DNA of 64,000 nt from Octopus sinensis. Taxonomy: Eukaryota. Position numbers and translations under genes: made by a program. Below are positions 52,976 through 64,000 of this stretch, piece by piece; the stretch's first letter is position 1, and every line of letters starts with the position of its first letter. The stretch lies in NCBI RefSeq assembly GCF_006345805.1, contig NC_043000.1, forward strand, positions 121,024,001 to 121,088,000, written 5' to 3'. The notes beneath the pieces were generated by a model. The model was not told where the DNA came from. It ran no database searches and worked only from the letters and a program-made list of their open reading frames with translations.

Positions 52976-54144
52976 GCGATAAAAGATCTGCCTGTATCTT
53001 CAGATGTAGATTTAATGAAACAGTCATTTATAGGAGTTATCCATCTTTTCATGTAGTAGCGCACTTTTTAGGGTCACGCAATTGAGTGATTTGAATATTC
53101 AGTTTAAGGCCATAGGTATTCAGTTTCGATTTACAAAAAGGACAACGCATTTTTTCTTATTCTATGCAAAACATTTCATTTTATGCAGCTCCAGTTCACC
53201 CTACATTATTTTGAGGACTAGAATAGCTAGCATTTATATGTTTTCGACGCACTGACGTCGTATTCACTGCAGTATTGTAGTGTTAGTCGCTTAAATTCCA
53301 TAAAAATCTGGATAAGTTCCGGCCTAACGAATCGATAATCTGGTGGAAAAACTTCTATAATATATACTTAATATTTTTAATTAACTTTATACATTTCCGT
53401 TGTTTCCAGACAAATCGCTGGTTTCCTTTTTTTTTAAATATCTATTTATAAAAATGTAACTGTCAATTTTTGTACTCTTGTACTCAGCTGAGCATTTACT
53501 AAATACATACGGGTAATAGGAATTCACATGTATTAATACACAGAACATTTTATGTGGATATATTATAGAATAATTCAATTCAACTGGGCTGTATTTTCCT
53601 GGATTATAAAATTAATATAACCGTCAATTATTTCTGAGTATATTGTATAAATATATTTGTTAATTATTTCTGACATTATTCTGAATATATCCAATGAAAT
53701 TCGCTTGAAATATAATCGTTAATTATTATAGTGCGTTTATTGAGGATGTCTGACACAAACGCATAATTAGTTCGCAGGCATCGATGCCATCGAAGTTCTC
53801 TGTGGAGACATTAAAAAATTCTCTTGTATTTATAATGTTGTAGATTGTAGATATCGTACCTATGTATGTTTTAGTAACCTTATCTTATAGGAGTTCAGGA
53901 AAGTTTGTTTCATCTAGTACCCAATATTTTTTGTTTTCCTTGTGTGATTTTGAAAGTCATCTAAAGAAATGTTTGTAGTTTCTACAATTTTTTCATCGTG
54001 TTGATAAAATCAGATTCCACGTTCTCAATGCCTTTAAACTAAGGATGCTCTTTTCGCATTCTAAAAACATATCTTTCAGTTGTTCGGGGATTTTTAGAAG
54101 TGGCTTCTCGCCTAGGTCGAATACTATTTAAGAATACAGAAAAC

Positions 54145-54563
54145 AAGGCATCGAGCTGGCAGAAACGTTAGCACGCCGGGCGAAATGCTTAGCGGTATTT
54201 CGTCTGCCGCTACGTTCTGAGTTCAAATTCCGCCGAGGTCAACTTTGCCGTTCATTCTTTCGGGGTTGATTAAATAAGTACCAGTTACGCACTGGGGTCG
54301 ATATAATCAACTTAATCCGTTTGTCTGTCCTTGTTTGTCTCCTCTGTGTTTAGCCCCTTGTGGGTAGTAAACAAATAGGTATTTCGACTGCCGCTACGTT
54401 CTGAGTTCAAATTCCGCCGAGGTCGACTTTGCCTTTCATCCTTTCGGGGTCGATTAAATAAGTACCATTTACGCATTGGGGTCGATATAATCGACTTAAT
54501 CCGTTTGTCTGTCCTTGTTTGTCGCCTCTATGTTTAGCCCCTTGTGGGCAATCAAGAAATAGG
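54145..54563 (+). mobile_element. SINE B tandem dimer
   Basis: The second unit restarts at GGTATTTCG after the tail …AAATAGGT. Confidence 0.9.
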
Positions 54564-55116
54564 AATAGAGAAAATAAACTAGGCAGTTGAGAAATATCTT
54601 CTCATATATTACACGACGTGCATAGCGATAAGTCTTGAGAGGTTTTATAACATACTTTTCATTGAGAAAACGGAAGCAGTAATCAAATGTACGATGTTGA
54701 AAGGCTTCTTCTACAAAGACCAATATTCCTTGATCACAGATAACAGACACACACATTTATTAAAATCCAGAAATAAACTGACTTTCAATTTTCTATATCA
54801 TTTTGTTTGAATATTAAACAAGGAAATATTGCGTGTAGCGTAGTCATAACATTGTTTAGTCAACTGATGTACCGTATCCATATTTCAGGATAAGAGAGAA
54901 GTAGAGAATCCAGAAAATAGAATATTATGAGAGGAATAAAGTGATAAGTGAACTGGGTGCACTGATCGATATTATATTTGTTTTCTATCTGTTGATAATA
55001 TTTACAATAAATTTAATATAATAAAGGCATCTTTCATTTCATTTCAACAATCTAATTAGAATTTGCTTAAACGGTGCAGAAAACTTAGGTCAATGAATAA
55101 TATTTTTTTAAACATA

Positions 55117-55792
55117 CAGTGATCCCTCGCTATTTTGCGATTCAACTATCGCGGATTCACGACTTCGCGGATTTAAAATATATATATATATATGAACACC
55201 TAAAATTTTTCAATAAATTCATTAAAATATTAATAATAAATATTATCTCCTAGTCTAGAAAAAAATAAAATAAGCGTAAAATAGCAAAAAAGCATATACA
55301 GGGGTATTTGAAATTAAAACCAAATGTGATTGGTACAATGGAAAGAGACGACGAATCACAGCTTTCTATTTTGTAATCTGGCCTGTGATTGGTGCTTTGA
55401 CCGATGCTCAGATCCGCAGCATCTTCCCTTGTCTCAGATCTGAGGCATCTTCTTTTGTCTCTCTCTCGCCCAGGAAAGACACTGCCGCCAGCTTCATCAT
55501 CATCATTTCTACTGCGCAGCAAATTCCTCAACATCATCATTCAGATTTTTTACTTCAGCTTCTTTGTGTTGAGTACAGTAACAATCTTTATTTTTTTAAA
55601 ATCTAAAGTGTTATTGCTTTACAGTTGTCCTTGTTATTGATAGACTACTGTAATGGGTGGGTTGTTAATAATACAAGGAGGGTTCTAAAAGTCCAAATAC
55701 ATGTTAAATAAATACTGTAAATATGGCGTCACTACTTCAGTTATCGCGGTCGGTCTCGGAACCAATCTACCGCGATAAACGAGGGATCACTG
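55117..55792. mobile_element. Tc1/mariner-superfamily (pogo/Tigger-like) MITE, 676 bp
   Basis: TA-CAGTGATCCCTCG…CGAGGGATCACTG-TA: 13-bp perfect TIR with TA TSD at 55115-55116 and 55793-55794. Confidence 0.9.
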
Positions 55793-56119
55793 TATTCACA
55801 AGTACGGTCGGCACCTGTAGACATGTTTCAGTTATATAAGACCTCTACATTTAAACACGAATAATTTTCCCTCTTCAATCTAAGGTAGCGCTGATGTCAT
55901 AGAAGAAAGTGTATATTATTAAGTTTGAATAGGTCTCCAATTTTAAAGAATAAATGACAGTCTTTAATAACTGAACACGGCATTACCTGTATTTATTTGT
56001 TTATTTTAAGAGTTCATCGAGTGCGATATATGGGCGGGGGTAAAACATGGTTTACCCTTAATTTATACATCAAAAAGAAAATGAAGGGAATACAAAAATG
56101 ACATACATCAGTCAGTAGA

Positions 56120-58420
56120 CATTCTATGAACCAAATGAACCAAAAAACTATAGACCCATAACCTGCTTAACAACTATGTACAAAACTCTAACATCTGTCC
56201 TGACGGAATATACCTATAGTTTTTTAACAGACAGCAGCATATTCCCTAATGAACAGAAAGGATGTAAACGTGGATCCTACGGCTGTAAAGACCAACTACT
56301 CATCAATAAGATGATCTTAGAAGATTGTCACAAACGACACAAAAACTTATCAATAGCCTGGATAGACTATAAAAAGGCTTTTGATAGCCTACCACATAGC
56401 TGGATTAGGAAATGCCTTGAAATGTATAAGATAGCACCAACTCTGCGAAACTTCTTGACTGTAAGTATGAGATCATGGAGAACCACACTAACTCTGAACA
56501 GTGACAGTGAATCCCTAAATGCTGGTGATGTAAAAATTTCGTGTGGCATTTTCCAGGTGACTCATGTCACCACTCCTCTTTTGTTTATCCTTAATACCTC
56601 CTCACAGCTGCTCAATGACGCGCAGTACGGGTATAAAATGTTTGATAAAAATATAAATCATTTCGTTTACATGGATGATTTAAAGCTTTTTGCAAAAAAT
56701 GATCAACAACTCAAGGCTTACTAGCGATAGTCAAACAATTCAGTGACGACATCAGAATGCAATTCGGCCTCGATAAATGTGCAAAGGCTACCTTTATCAA
56801 AGGAAAAACAGAAAACATCTAACGTTAACCTTGACCAACAGAATGTCATAAAAGAACTAGACCCAGCGGAGAGCTACAAGTACTTAGGGGTAATTGAAGG
56901 GAACGGAATAAGGCATTCAGAGATGAAGGAAAGGATCAGGAGAGAATGCTATCGAAGAGTGAGAGCAATACTCAAGACAGAGCTGAATGCAAGAAACAGG
57001 ATCGAAGCAATCAATGCATTAGCTATACCAGTCGTGACTTACAGTTTCAATATTGTTAACTGGTCAATTACTGAAATATGTCAGCTCGACAGAAAAATAA
57101 GGAAACTGTTGACAATGCATAGAATGCACCACCCTAAGGCAGATACAGAACGACTCTATCTGCCAAGAAAAGAGGGAGGACGTGGTCTTTTGCAACTGGC
57201 AATAACAATGAAGATTGCTACAATTGGCCTAGACACCTACCTGAAAAACTCTGAGGACTGGATGTTAAAACTTGTCTCAAAACATGAAAACAAGAAAGCA
57301 TCATACTCAGTCCACAAACAGGCAAAGGAATATCTAAGTGAATTCCGAATACAACCAATTTCGGAATTAGAGATAGACATACAAGAAACAAGCACAGAAA
57401 AAGCTAGGCGCATGAAAACCGTGCCAAAACTGCGGCCTTAGATATTCTGAATAATAAATGGCAAGAAAAACCTCTCTACGGCAAATACCCAAAGAGAGCG
57501 AATAATGCAGATATCGACAAGCCCTGACCCATCAATGGCTAATGGCCTCTGGCTTAAAATCTGAAACAGAGGGGTTTATCATAGCAGCTCAAGATCAATG
57601 CCTACCAACAAGAAACTACCACCAGGCCAACTATTAAAGATCAGAAGCAGTCCAACGTGTCGTGTATGCAAGCAACAAAATGAAACCATTGACCATGTGG
57701 TCTCCAAGTGCAGTCTTCTAGCGCCTACAGAGTATCTCAACAGGCACGATAGAGCTGCACATATATTCACTGGGTAATCTGTAAAAACCTGGATTTGCCC
57801 CATGAAAAAAACTGGTGGAAACACAAACCACCCCCAGTGCTTGAAAATGACCACATCTCCCCTCTGGAACTTCACCATTCAAACTGACAGGAAGATAGAT
57901 GCAAATAGGCCAGACATCATATTGAAGACTTCAAACAAAGAACATGCCTCCTCATTGATATGACTGTCCCAATCGATATAAACGTATCTGTCAGGACCTA
58001 CCAAAAACTGAGCAAATATAAAGATCTTGAAATAGAAATCAGCAAAATGTGGAAGCTGAAGACTGGGAATGATAGCAAAAGGGGCTGATAGCTACCTAAC
58101 TCAGATACCAGGAAACCCAAAAATGGCAGAAGTTCAAAAGATAGTGCTCATGGGAACTGCTCATATCCTACGCAAAATACTCTCTATGTAACCTCAAGGT
58201 TTAAAACAACCATAATTTTCGGTTTAAAAAAAAAAAAAAAAAAAAAATTAAAAAAAAAATTTTTTTTTAGACATTCATTAGTACAACATCCCCACCCCCA
58301 AATATATGGCACACTAGGCATAACAACAACATGAACTTCCAACCCTGTTGTCTCTTGAGGTCTCTGGGTGAGACTTGGAGCCAACTTGTACAAATATAAA
58401 GCAAAAGTCAAACATAGAAT
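56120..58420 (+). mobile_element. 5'-truncated R4/Dong-type non-LTR retrotransposon (RT, CCHC knuckle, restriction-like endonuclease), decayed
   Basis: NYRPITCL…QKGCK…WIDYKKAFDS…YMDDLK (RT); CRVC…ETIDH…C; RPDII…KYKDL (RLE). Final stop at ~58189-58191; several frameshifts. Confidence 0.85.
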
Positions 58421-58464
58421 AATAATAATAATAATAATAACAACAAAGCAACAATAACAACAGC

Positions 58465-58496
<32 letters not shown>

Positions 58497-58536
58497 AAAC
58501 AACAACAATAATAATAATAATAATAATAACAACAAC
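58420..58536 (+). repeat. (AAT)n/(AAC)n microsatellite at the 3' end of the R4/Dong element
   Basis: Seen directly in the sequence. Confidence 0.9.
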
Positions 58537-58580
58537 ATCGAAAAATACCTTAGGAATAAGAACCTAGGTTCAAAGTTTCC

Positions 58581-58620
58581 CCGATGAAGCCCGGAGGGTA
58601 TATCAGCCGAAACGTTATGT
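58581..58620 (+). ncRNA. Decayed hammerhead-like motif
   Basis: CCGAUGA-A-GCCCG…CAGCC-GAAA-CGUU: core has U4>C, stem II is eroded, palindromic AACGUU stem III is retained. Confidence 0.35.
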
Positions 58621-60017
58621 TAACAACAAACAAAATGAGGACAAATATGCGTCAATTGTAAATAATGTAAATAATGTACAATTCTTACCATTGTACAAAA
58701 TGTAGATTAATCTAAATTTAAATTGATCAATGATCAAAGTCATACGATGGGAAATGTGTATTGCTTGTGATATGGAAAATGACAAGTACAGGTATATTTC
58801 GGGCTTTTTAGTCCTCTTCAGCGATTTATATAACGACAGGATAGTTTAGTTGAGTCCCTTGAGGCGCAACACATCGCCATGTATCGTAAATTATGGAAAA
58901 CCTCAACGAATAGTTTTGCTCATCAAATTTTACTCTATGTTGTCATCATATGCTTGGATTCTGTTTGGTTTGCTATTTTCGTTTGGCCAGCTCCTCATTT
59001 AGGAAGCAGTATTGCATATTCCTCGAAAAGCAAACAACTTGACATTTTACACAATAGACACTACGGTTCATTAAATAATAAGACATTAAATATCATTATC
59101 CGGAACATACAGTGACTGGAATTAAGCACAGTGGAAGCCATGAATTAAACTGAAAATAATCATCACCAGGATAACAGCAGCACCTGGATATCGTTTTACA
59201 ATAATTGTTAAATGCAAAATTCTCGAATTCTTTCGCATCATTCTGTCCCAAAACAAGGCTCGTTGCCACTGTAGCGTAAGGCACGAGAGAGAAGTAGAAG
59301 GCGCTTAGAAATTCAAAATGTGTCGATTGATAGAAACCTTAAATGACTAAACATCATTGACGAGGGGAAAACAAGATGGTGGTAGAGTGTTCCAGAGAGG
59401 GTCAGTTCGAGGAAAGACGCTATTTAAATAAAAGAAATTATGACCGACAGAAATACGATGCGTCTGGGAAGAAAAGCAGTGATATATTTAAAGGTCATCA
59501 GGGCAATGATCATGGGAATACCTATAGAAAAGACAGAAGAAATTTATAAAGTCTATAAAATTATAAAATACCATTCGAGGCAAACGATTGTATGTTCCTT
59601 AAGGTACAATAGTGATTACATTTGCAAATATTTTTTCTCACGATTATAATAAGAACAAAAGAGAATCAAAACAAAATTTAATGAAGGTACATTGTTAAAC
59701 TGTATATATGGGAAAATATCTACAAATATTAGCTGATGAAACAAGCAGCCATTTTGACAAAAATCAATTTCCTGCATAACAACACGAGGACGCTTATTTT
59801 CAGGAATAACAGTCATTAACAACATGGCATTATTAAGTTAAACATCGTCTAGACTATTATTGCTCTTAATTACACCAGATATATAAAGTATGTACATTTC
59901 TATATGTGTACTGTTTATGTAAGCAAGAATATATATTATATATATATATTATATATATATTATATATATATATATATATATAATATATATATATATATTA
60001 TATATATATATATATAT

Positions 60018-60050
<33 letters not shown>

Positions 60051-60502
60051 CAGATACAAACATACGAACAACGGACACATAGACATATGTACATACACAA
60101 ATATGTATGTCCATTTATATCTAGAAATATAAATTTATATGTCTGTGTATGTATTTCTCTCTCTCTCTCTCTCTCTCTCTCGCTCCATATCAATATGACA
60201 TTACGTATATATTTACATACTGCTTTCAAGTTTTGGCAGAACGCCAGCAAATTCTGGGGAGCGGGTAAGTCGATTATAACGACCCAAGTGCTCAGCTGGT
60301 ACTTATTTTATTGATACCAAAAGGATGAAAGGCAAAGCCGACCTCGGAGAAATATGAAATTACAAAGAAAAAACGGAGGAAATACCGCTAAGCACCTTAA
60401 CGGTAAATACTTAAAGGAGAATCAGGGACTTCCAGAAAGAGAAATTGACCAATCTGATTCGTAAAAGACAGGACCATATAAAACTTTTCTCAAGTTCCAA
60501 AG

Positions 60503-60757
60503 GTGAATTTGTCTATGTTAGCTACATTCCAAAAATGGAACATTGTATATTTGGTGTCTCTTTTGTGGCTAACTTACGGAGAAAACCCCAGAGTGGATAA
60601 CGTCTTTAGAGATATGTTCTATAAAATGCAGGATCATTATAGAATAAACGGTTCACCATCGATAGAAAATATTCTATTACAGATCTGTTTAAATGGAGAT
60701 GAGCTGAAGTTAAGCAGCAAGAACAAGAAGAACAAAATCTACAAGAGAATTATATAA
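60503..60757 (+). CDS. Hypothetical 84-codon ORF with signal-peptide-like N-terminus
   Basis: From the ATG at 60515: MLATFQKWNIVYLVSLLWLTYG-ENP…, non-repetitive; no homology recognised. Confidence 0.15.
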   Translation: MNLSMLATFQKWNIVYLVSLLWLTYGENPRVDNVFRDMFYKMQDHYRINGSPSIENILLQICLNGDELKLSSKNKKNKIYKRII

Positions 60758-61231
60758 CAATAGGTACCCAGCGATGAATTTTCTATGCTTGTTTGACATA
60801 CTGTATTCGCAGACCTACCTATTTTCTCAGTAAATTAAGAAAATGTGCTCTAATACCTAGGTACACTTCTCATGGTATACATACATGTATGCGTGTCGCT
60901 ATGTGAGTGAGCATGTGTGTGCGTTTATGTGCATTCGTGTGTACGTGTGTGCATATGCCTATGGTAGCATGCCAGAGGTAGTTGCATTTATATCTATATC
61001 TATATGTATGTATTCATATATGTATGTGTGTATATAAATATACATACGTACACATATGCATACACATATATACATATATGTATGTTTATATATATATACA
61101 TATATATACATATTGTTATATTTCGGAATGGTCATATTGCCAGTTTAGCCAATAAAAACACACGCACTATATATTTGGTGTTATTTTGCTTCAGTGATAT
61201 TTATTTTTTACATTAATCTTAATCTTATTTC

Positions 61232-61276
61232 GGCCAAAGTTCTTTCGTCACACTCCTGTGACCGCATCAGTGGTCC
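61232..61276 (-). ncRNA. HHR-like motif in the inverted pLTR copy
   Basis: GGACCA-CUGAUGCG-GUCAC/AGGAGU/GUGAC-GAAAG-AA-CUU-UGGCC: perfect 5-bp stem II, but position 9 is C. Confidence 0.5.
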
Positions 61277-63118
61277 TTTGTTTTCTTCTCACTTACTTGT
61301 GTCTCTCCTTACTAACCGTCAGCCATTTTGTATTTCTAGGAGCTAGTATAAGAGTTACCCTAAAAGGCCACACATTTAAATTTAATAATAAAATATATGC
61401 CCAGGACGAGGGGGCAGCCATCGGTGTTAGTATCGCTGGTGATGTGGCCAACCTCTTCATGGTATAGTGGGACAGAAGGCTTAAAGAATGCCTACTGCAG
61501 AAATCCATACTCGTAAACATGTACTCTCGCTATGTTGATGATATCAATATAGTAGTAAAGGCACCCCCACAAGAGAGTACTGTTGATATAGTAATAGAAA
61601 CTAATACTATGGAGAGCATCCAGCAAATAGCTAACTCCATCCACCAGAGTATTAAGGTCACAATAGACTACCCCACTAAACACCCCAACCATAGACTACC
61701 AGTACTAGACACTGAACTCTGGCTAGAATTGTGAAAATAAAACCCAATCCTTCATTCATACTATGCAAAACCTATGGCCTCAAAATACCTGATCCACCGG
61801 AACTCAGCCATTGCGGGCAATGCCAAATTCAATATTTTGATGGCAGACCTCGTCAGAATAATGAGAAATGTGTCACGCATGTGCGAGCCTACAGAATTAA
61901 GAGACACATACAGTATTTCATTCACCGCATGCAGTTCTCAGGTTACAGCCATAAAGAAAGGATCAGAGTATACAAGGAGCCATGAAGAAATTTGATAATA
62001 TTATGTAATGATAGGATGGGATTTGCCCACTCTATAGGAACAAGTCATGGAACACTATAGAAAGGACAAAAAAGAAAATAGGGAAGGCCAACTCTTGGTA
62101 TGATAGCCATAAATACCAGAGTGTCATGTTCGTTGACACCACCCCTGGAGGTGAACTAGCGTACCGCTTTAGAAGGACCCTAGATAAACTTAAACTAAGA
62201 ATTAAGGTTGTTGAAAAGGCAGGCAACCCTATCAGATCTATAATTGGTAGAAGCTATCCTTTTAGTAGAACTCTCTGTACGGATAACTATTGCACTGTAT
62301 GTAGATTTAGCCCACAAACGAACTGTAAAGCCAGAAATGTGGTCTATAGTATAAGATGTATAGAGGGACGATGCAGTAACAAGACAGTAGCATACGTAGG
62401 GGAAACTGCAAGAAGCATTGGTGAGCGGGTGAATGAACATTGGAGACAACTCAAGGAAGGTAAAAGCTCATCGATTCTGTACCAACACGCCGAACAAGAA
62501 CACGGGGGATCAATCAATAACATAGAGATTAAGATATTGTCCACACATAGAACAGATGCAACAATTAGACAAATTACAGAAGCTACACATATAATAGAAA
62601 ATAAACCTAGCCTGAATAGAAAACTAGAATGGAGCAATAGCGCACACCACAACATATGACAATAGTGGATCCTGCAAACATAATAAATACACAGGTATAT
62701 TAAAGAAATAGAAATGAATATCTATATGTGTATGTATGTGTGTATATATGTACATATATGTATATGTATATGTATGTAATATAATATGTATATGGATATA
62801 TTTTTTTTTTTTCGATTAGATTTATTATTATTAACTAATATTGTTGTTATACATACATACAAGCATATGTAATGATAATAATGGGTGGATGTAAACACAT
62901 GAACAAAATAGAACAAAAGCAACAACAACAAAACAAAATACAAATTACAAGAATGTATATAACCAGAAGATACAAATATTACAGGCATCCCCCCCCCACA
63001 CACTAATAAACATAGACGCACATAGAGATATAAGCATGTGCAAATGAAGACATACAATAGAAATACAAAATGGCTGACGGTAGTAAGGAGAGACACAAGT
63101 AAGTGAGAAGAAAACAAA

Positions 63119-63164
63119 GGACCACTGATGCGGTCACAGGAGTGTTGACGAAAGAACTTTGGCC
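63119..63164 (+). ncRNA. HHR-like motif in the 3' pLTR of the Penelope-like element
   Basis: Same fold as the inverted copy, with a 1-nt bulge in stem II. Confidence 0.5.
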
Positions 63165-63352
63165 GAAATAAGATTAAGATTAATGTAAAAAATAAATATC
63201 ACTGAAGCAAAATAACACCAAATATATAGTGCGTGTGTTTTTATTGGCTAACTGGCAATTGACCATTCCGAAATATAACAATATCTGTTTCAACACACGA
63301 CTTCACATAAAAAATCTTGCACAACAAATATTTAAACGTATATATACATATT

Positions 63353-63535
<183 letters not shown>

Positions 63536-64000
63536 TATAATTATATAGAAAGATAACTAGAAAAGTGCAGAGACAGGCAGATAGCCAGATATATAGATAG
63601 ATAGAGGTTATGACTGTATAATGAGCAAAATGATAGAGAACATTACTAGACAACAAATTGCTGAGAAAGATGGACTAACAGAGGGGCAAACGCATAAATT
63701 TAAACTGGAAGCCGAAATAGATGCTCTTTACTTATGTAAACCATTATAATGTTCCATTCCGTCTGCAAGACTGGCACCTAGCCTAACCAAACATTTCCCA
63801 AACACGTCAGATGAGACTTTTTTGACAGAAGTAATTACAATCGCGAGATAGGCCTTCATCAACTATAACTAGATGTGTGTTCGTGTTTGTATATATCTAT
63901 ATCTATATGTAAGGTTTGTATATTACTTTGGATACAGAAATGATTTTAAGATTATACGCAGAGATTGTTTTTTGCCTCTATTCATAATACATACATATAT

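Larger units (their letters stand above)
61110..63284 (+). mobile_element. 5'-truncated Penelope-like element (RT C-half plus GIY-YIG endonuclease) with inverted partial terminal repeat
   Basis: G.AIG…ANLFM…YSRYVDD (PLE RT); C…C..C…CKARNVVYSIRC…YVGET.RS…RVNEH (GIY-YIG), stop at 62659. 61110-61338 is the reverse complement of 63058-63284 with only about 4 indels. Confidence 0.9.

Noticed and set aside
61732-61734. In-frame TGA in the Penelope-like ORF as selenocysteine recoding
   Set aside because: It is not at a Cys position, a TAA follows two codons later, and other stops and frameshifts show ordinary decay.

Overview
AT-rich, microsatellite-dense eukaryotic DNA, almost entirely intergenic or intronic. 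The repeat families match what I recall from octopus (coleoid cephalopod) genomes; this is inference, not a database match. No host gene can be named; only low-confidence candidate exons are seen. The window holds about 17 copies of one tRNA-headed SINE (family A), about 12 loci of a Nin/Deu-like SINE (family B, often tandem multimers), four tRNA-head SINEs with different tails, Helitron/HINE-like elements and mariner/pogo MITEs. Decayed LINEs include RTE, CR1 and a 2.1-kb R4/Dong-type element. There is also a 5'-truncated Penelope-like (GIY-YIG) element with an inverted terminal repeat. The main unexplained signal is a cluster of type I hammerhead ribozyme (HHR) folds. Three same-strand copies of a ~200-bp HHR repeat lie at 41.2, 46.5 and 47.2 kb, and a second HHR family lies at 45.9 kb. 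Further HHR-like motifs occur at 10.8, 45.5, 46.4, 58.6, 61.2 and 63.1 kb. A second signal is a mosaic local duplication at 16.5-23.8 kb, where paralogous sites carry different Helitron-like bodies. All RNA folds and alignments were done by eye, and repeat boundaries are approximate unless a TSD or TIR is quoted.
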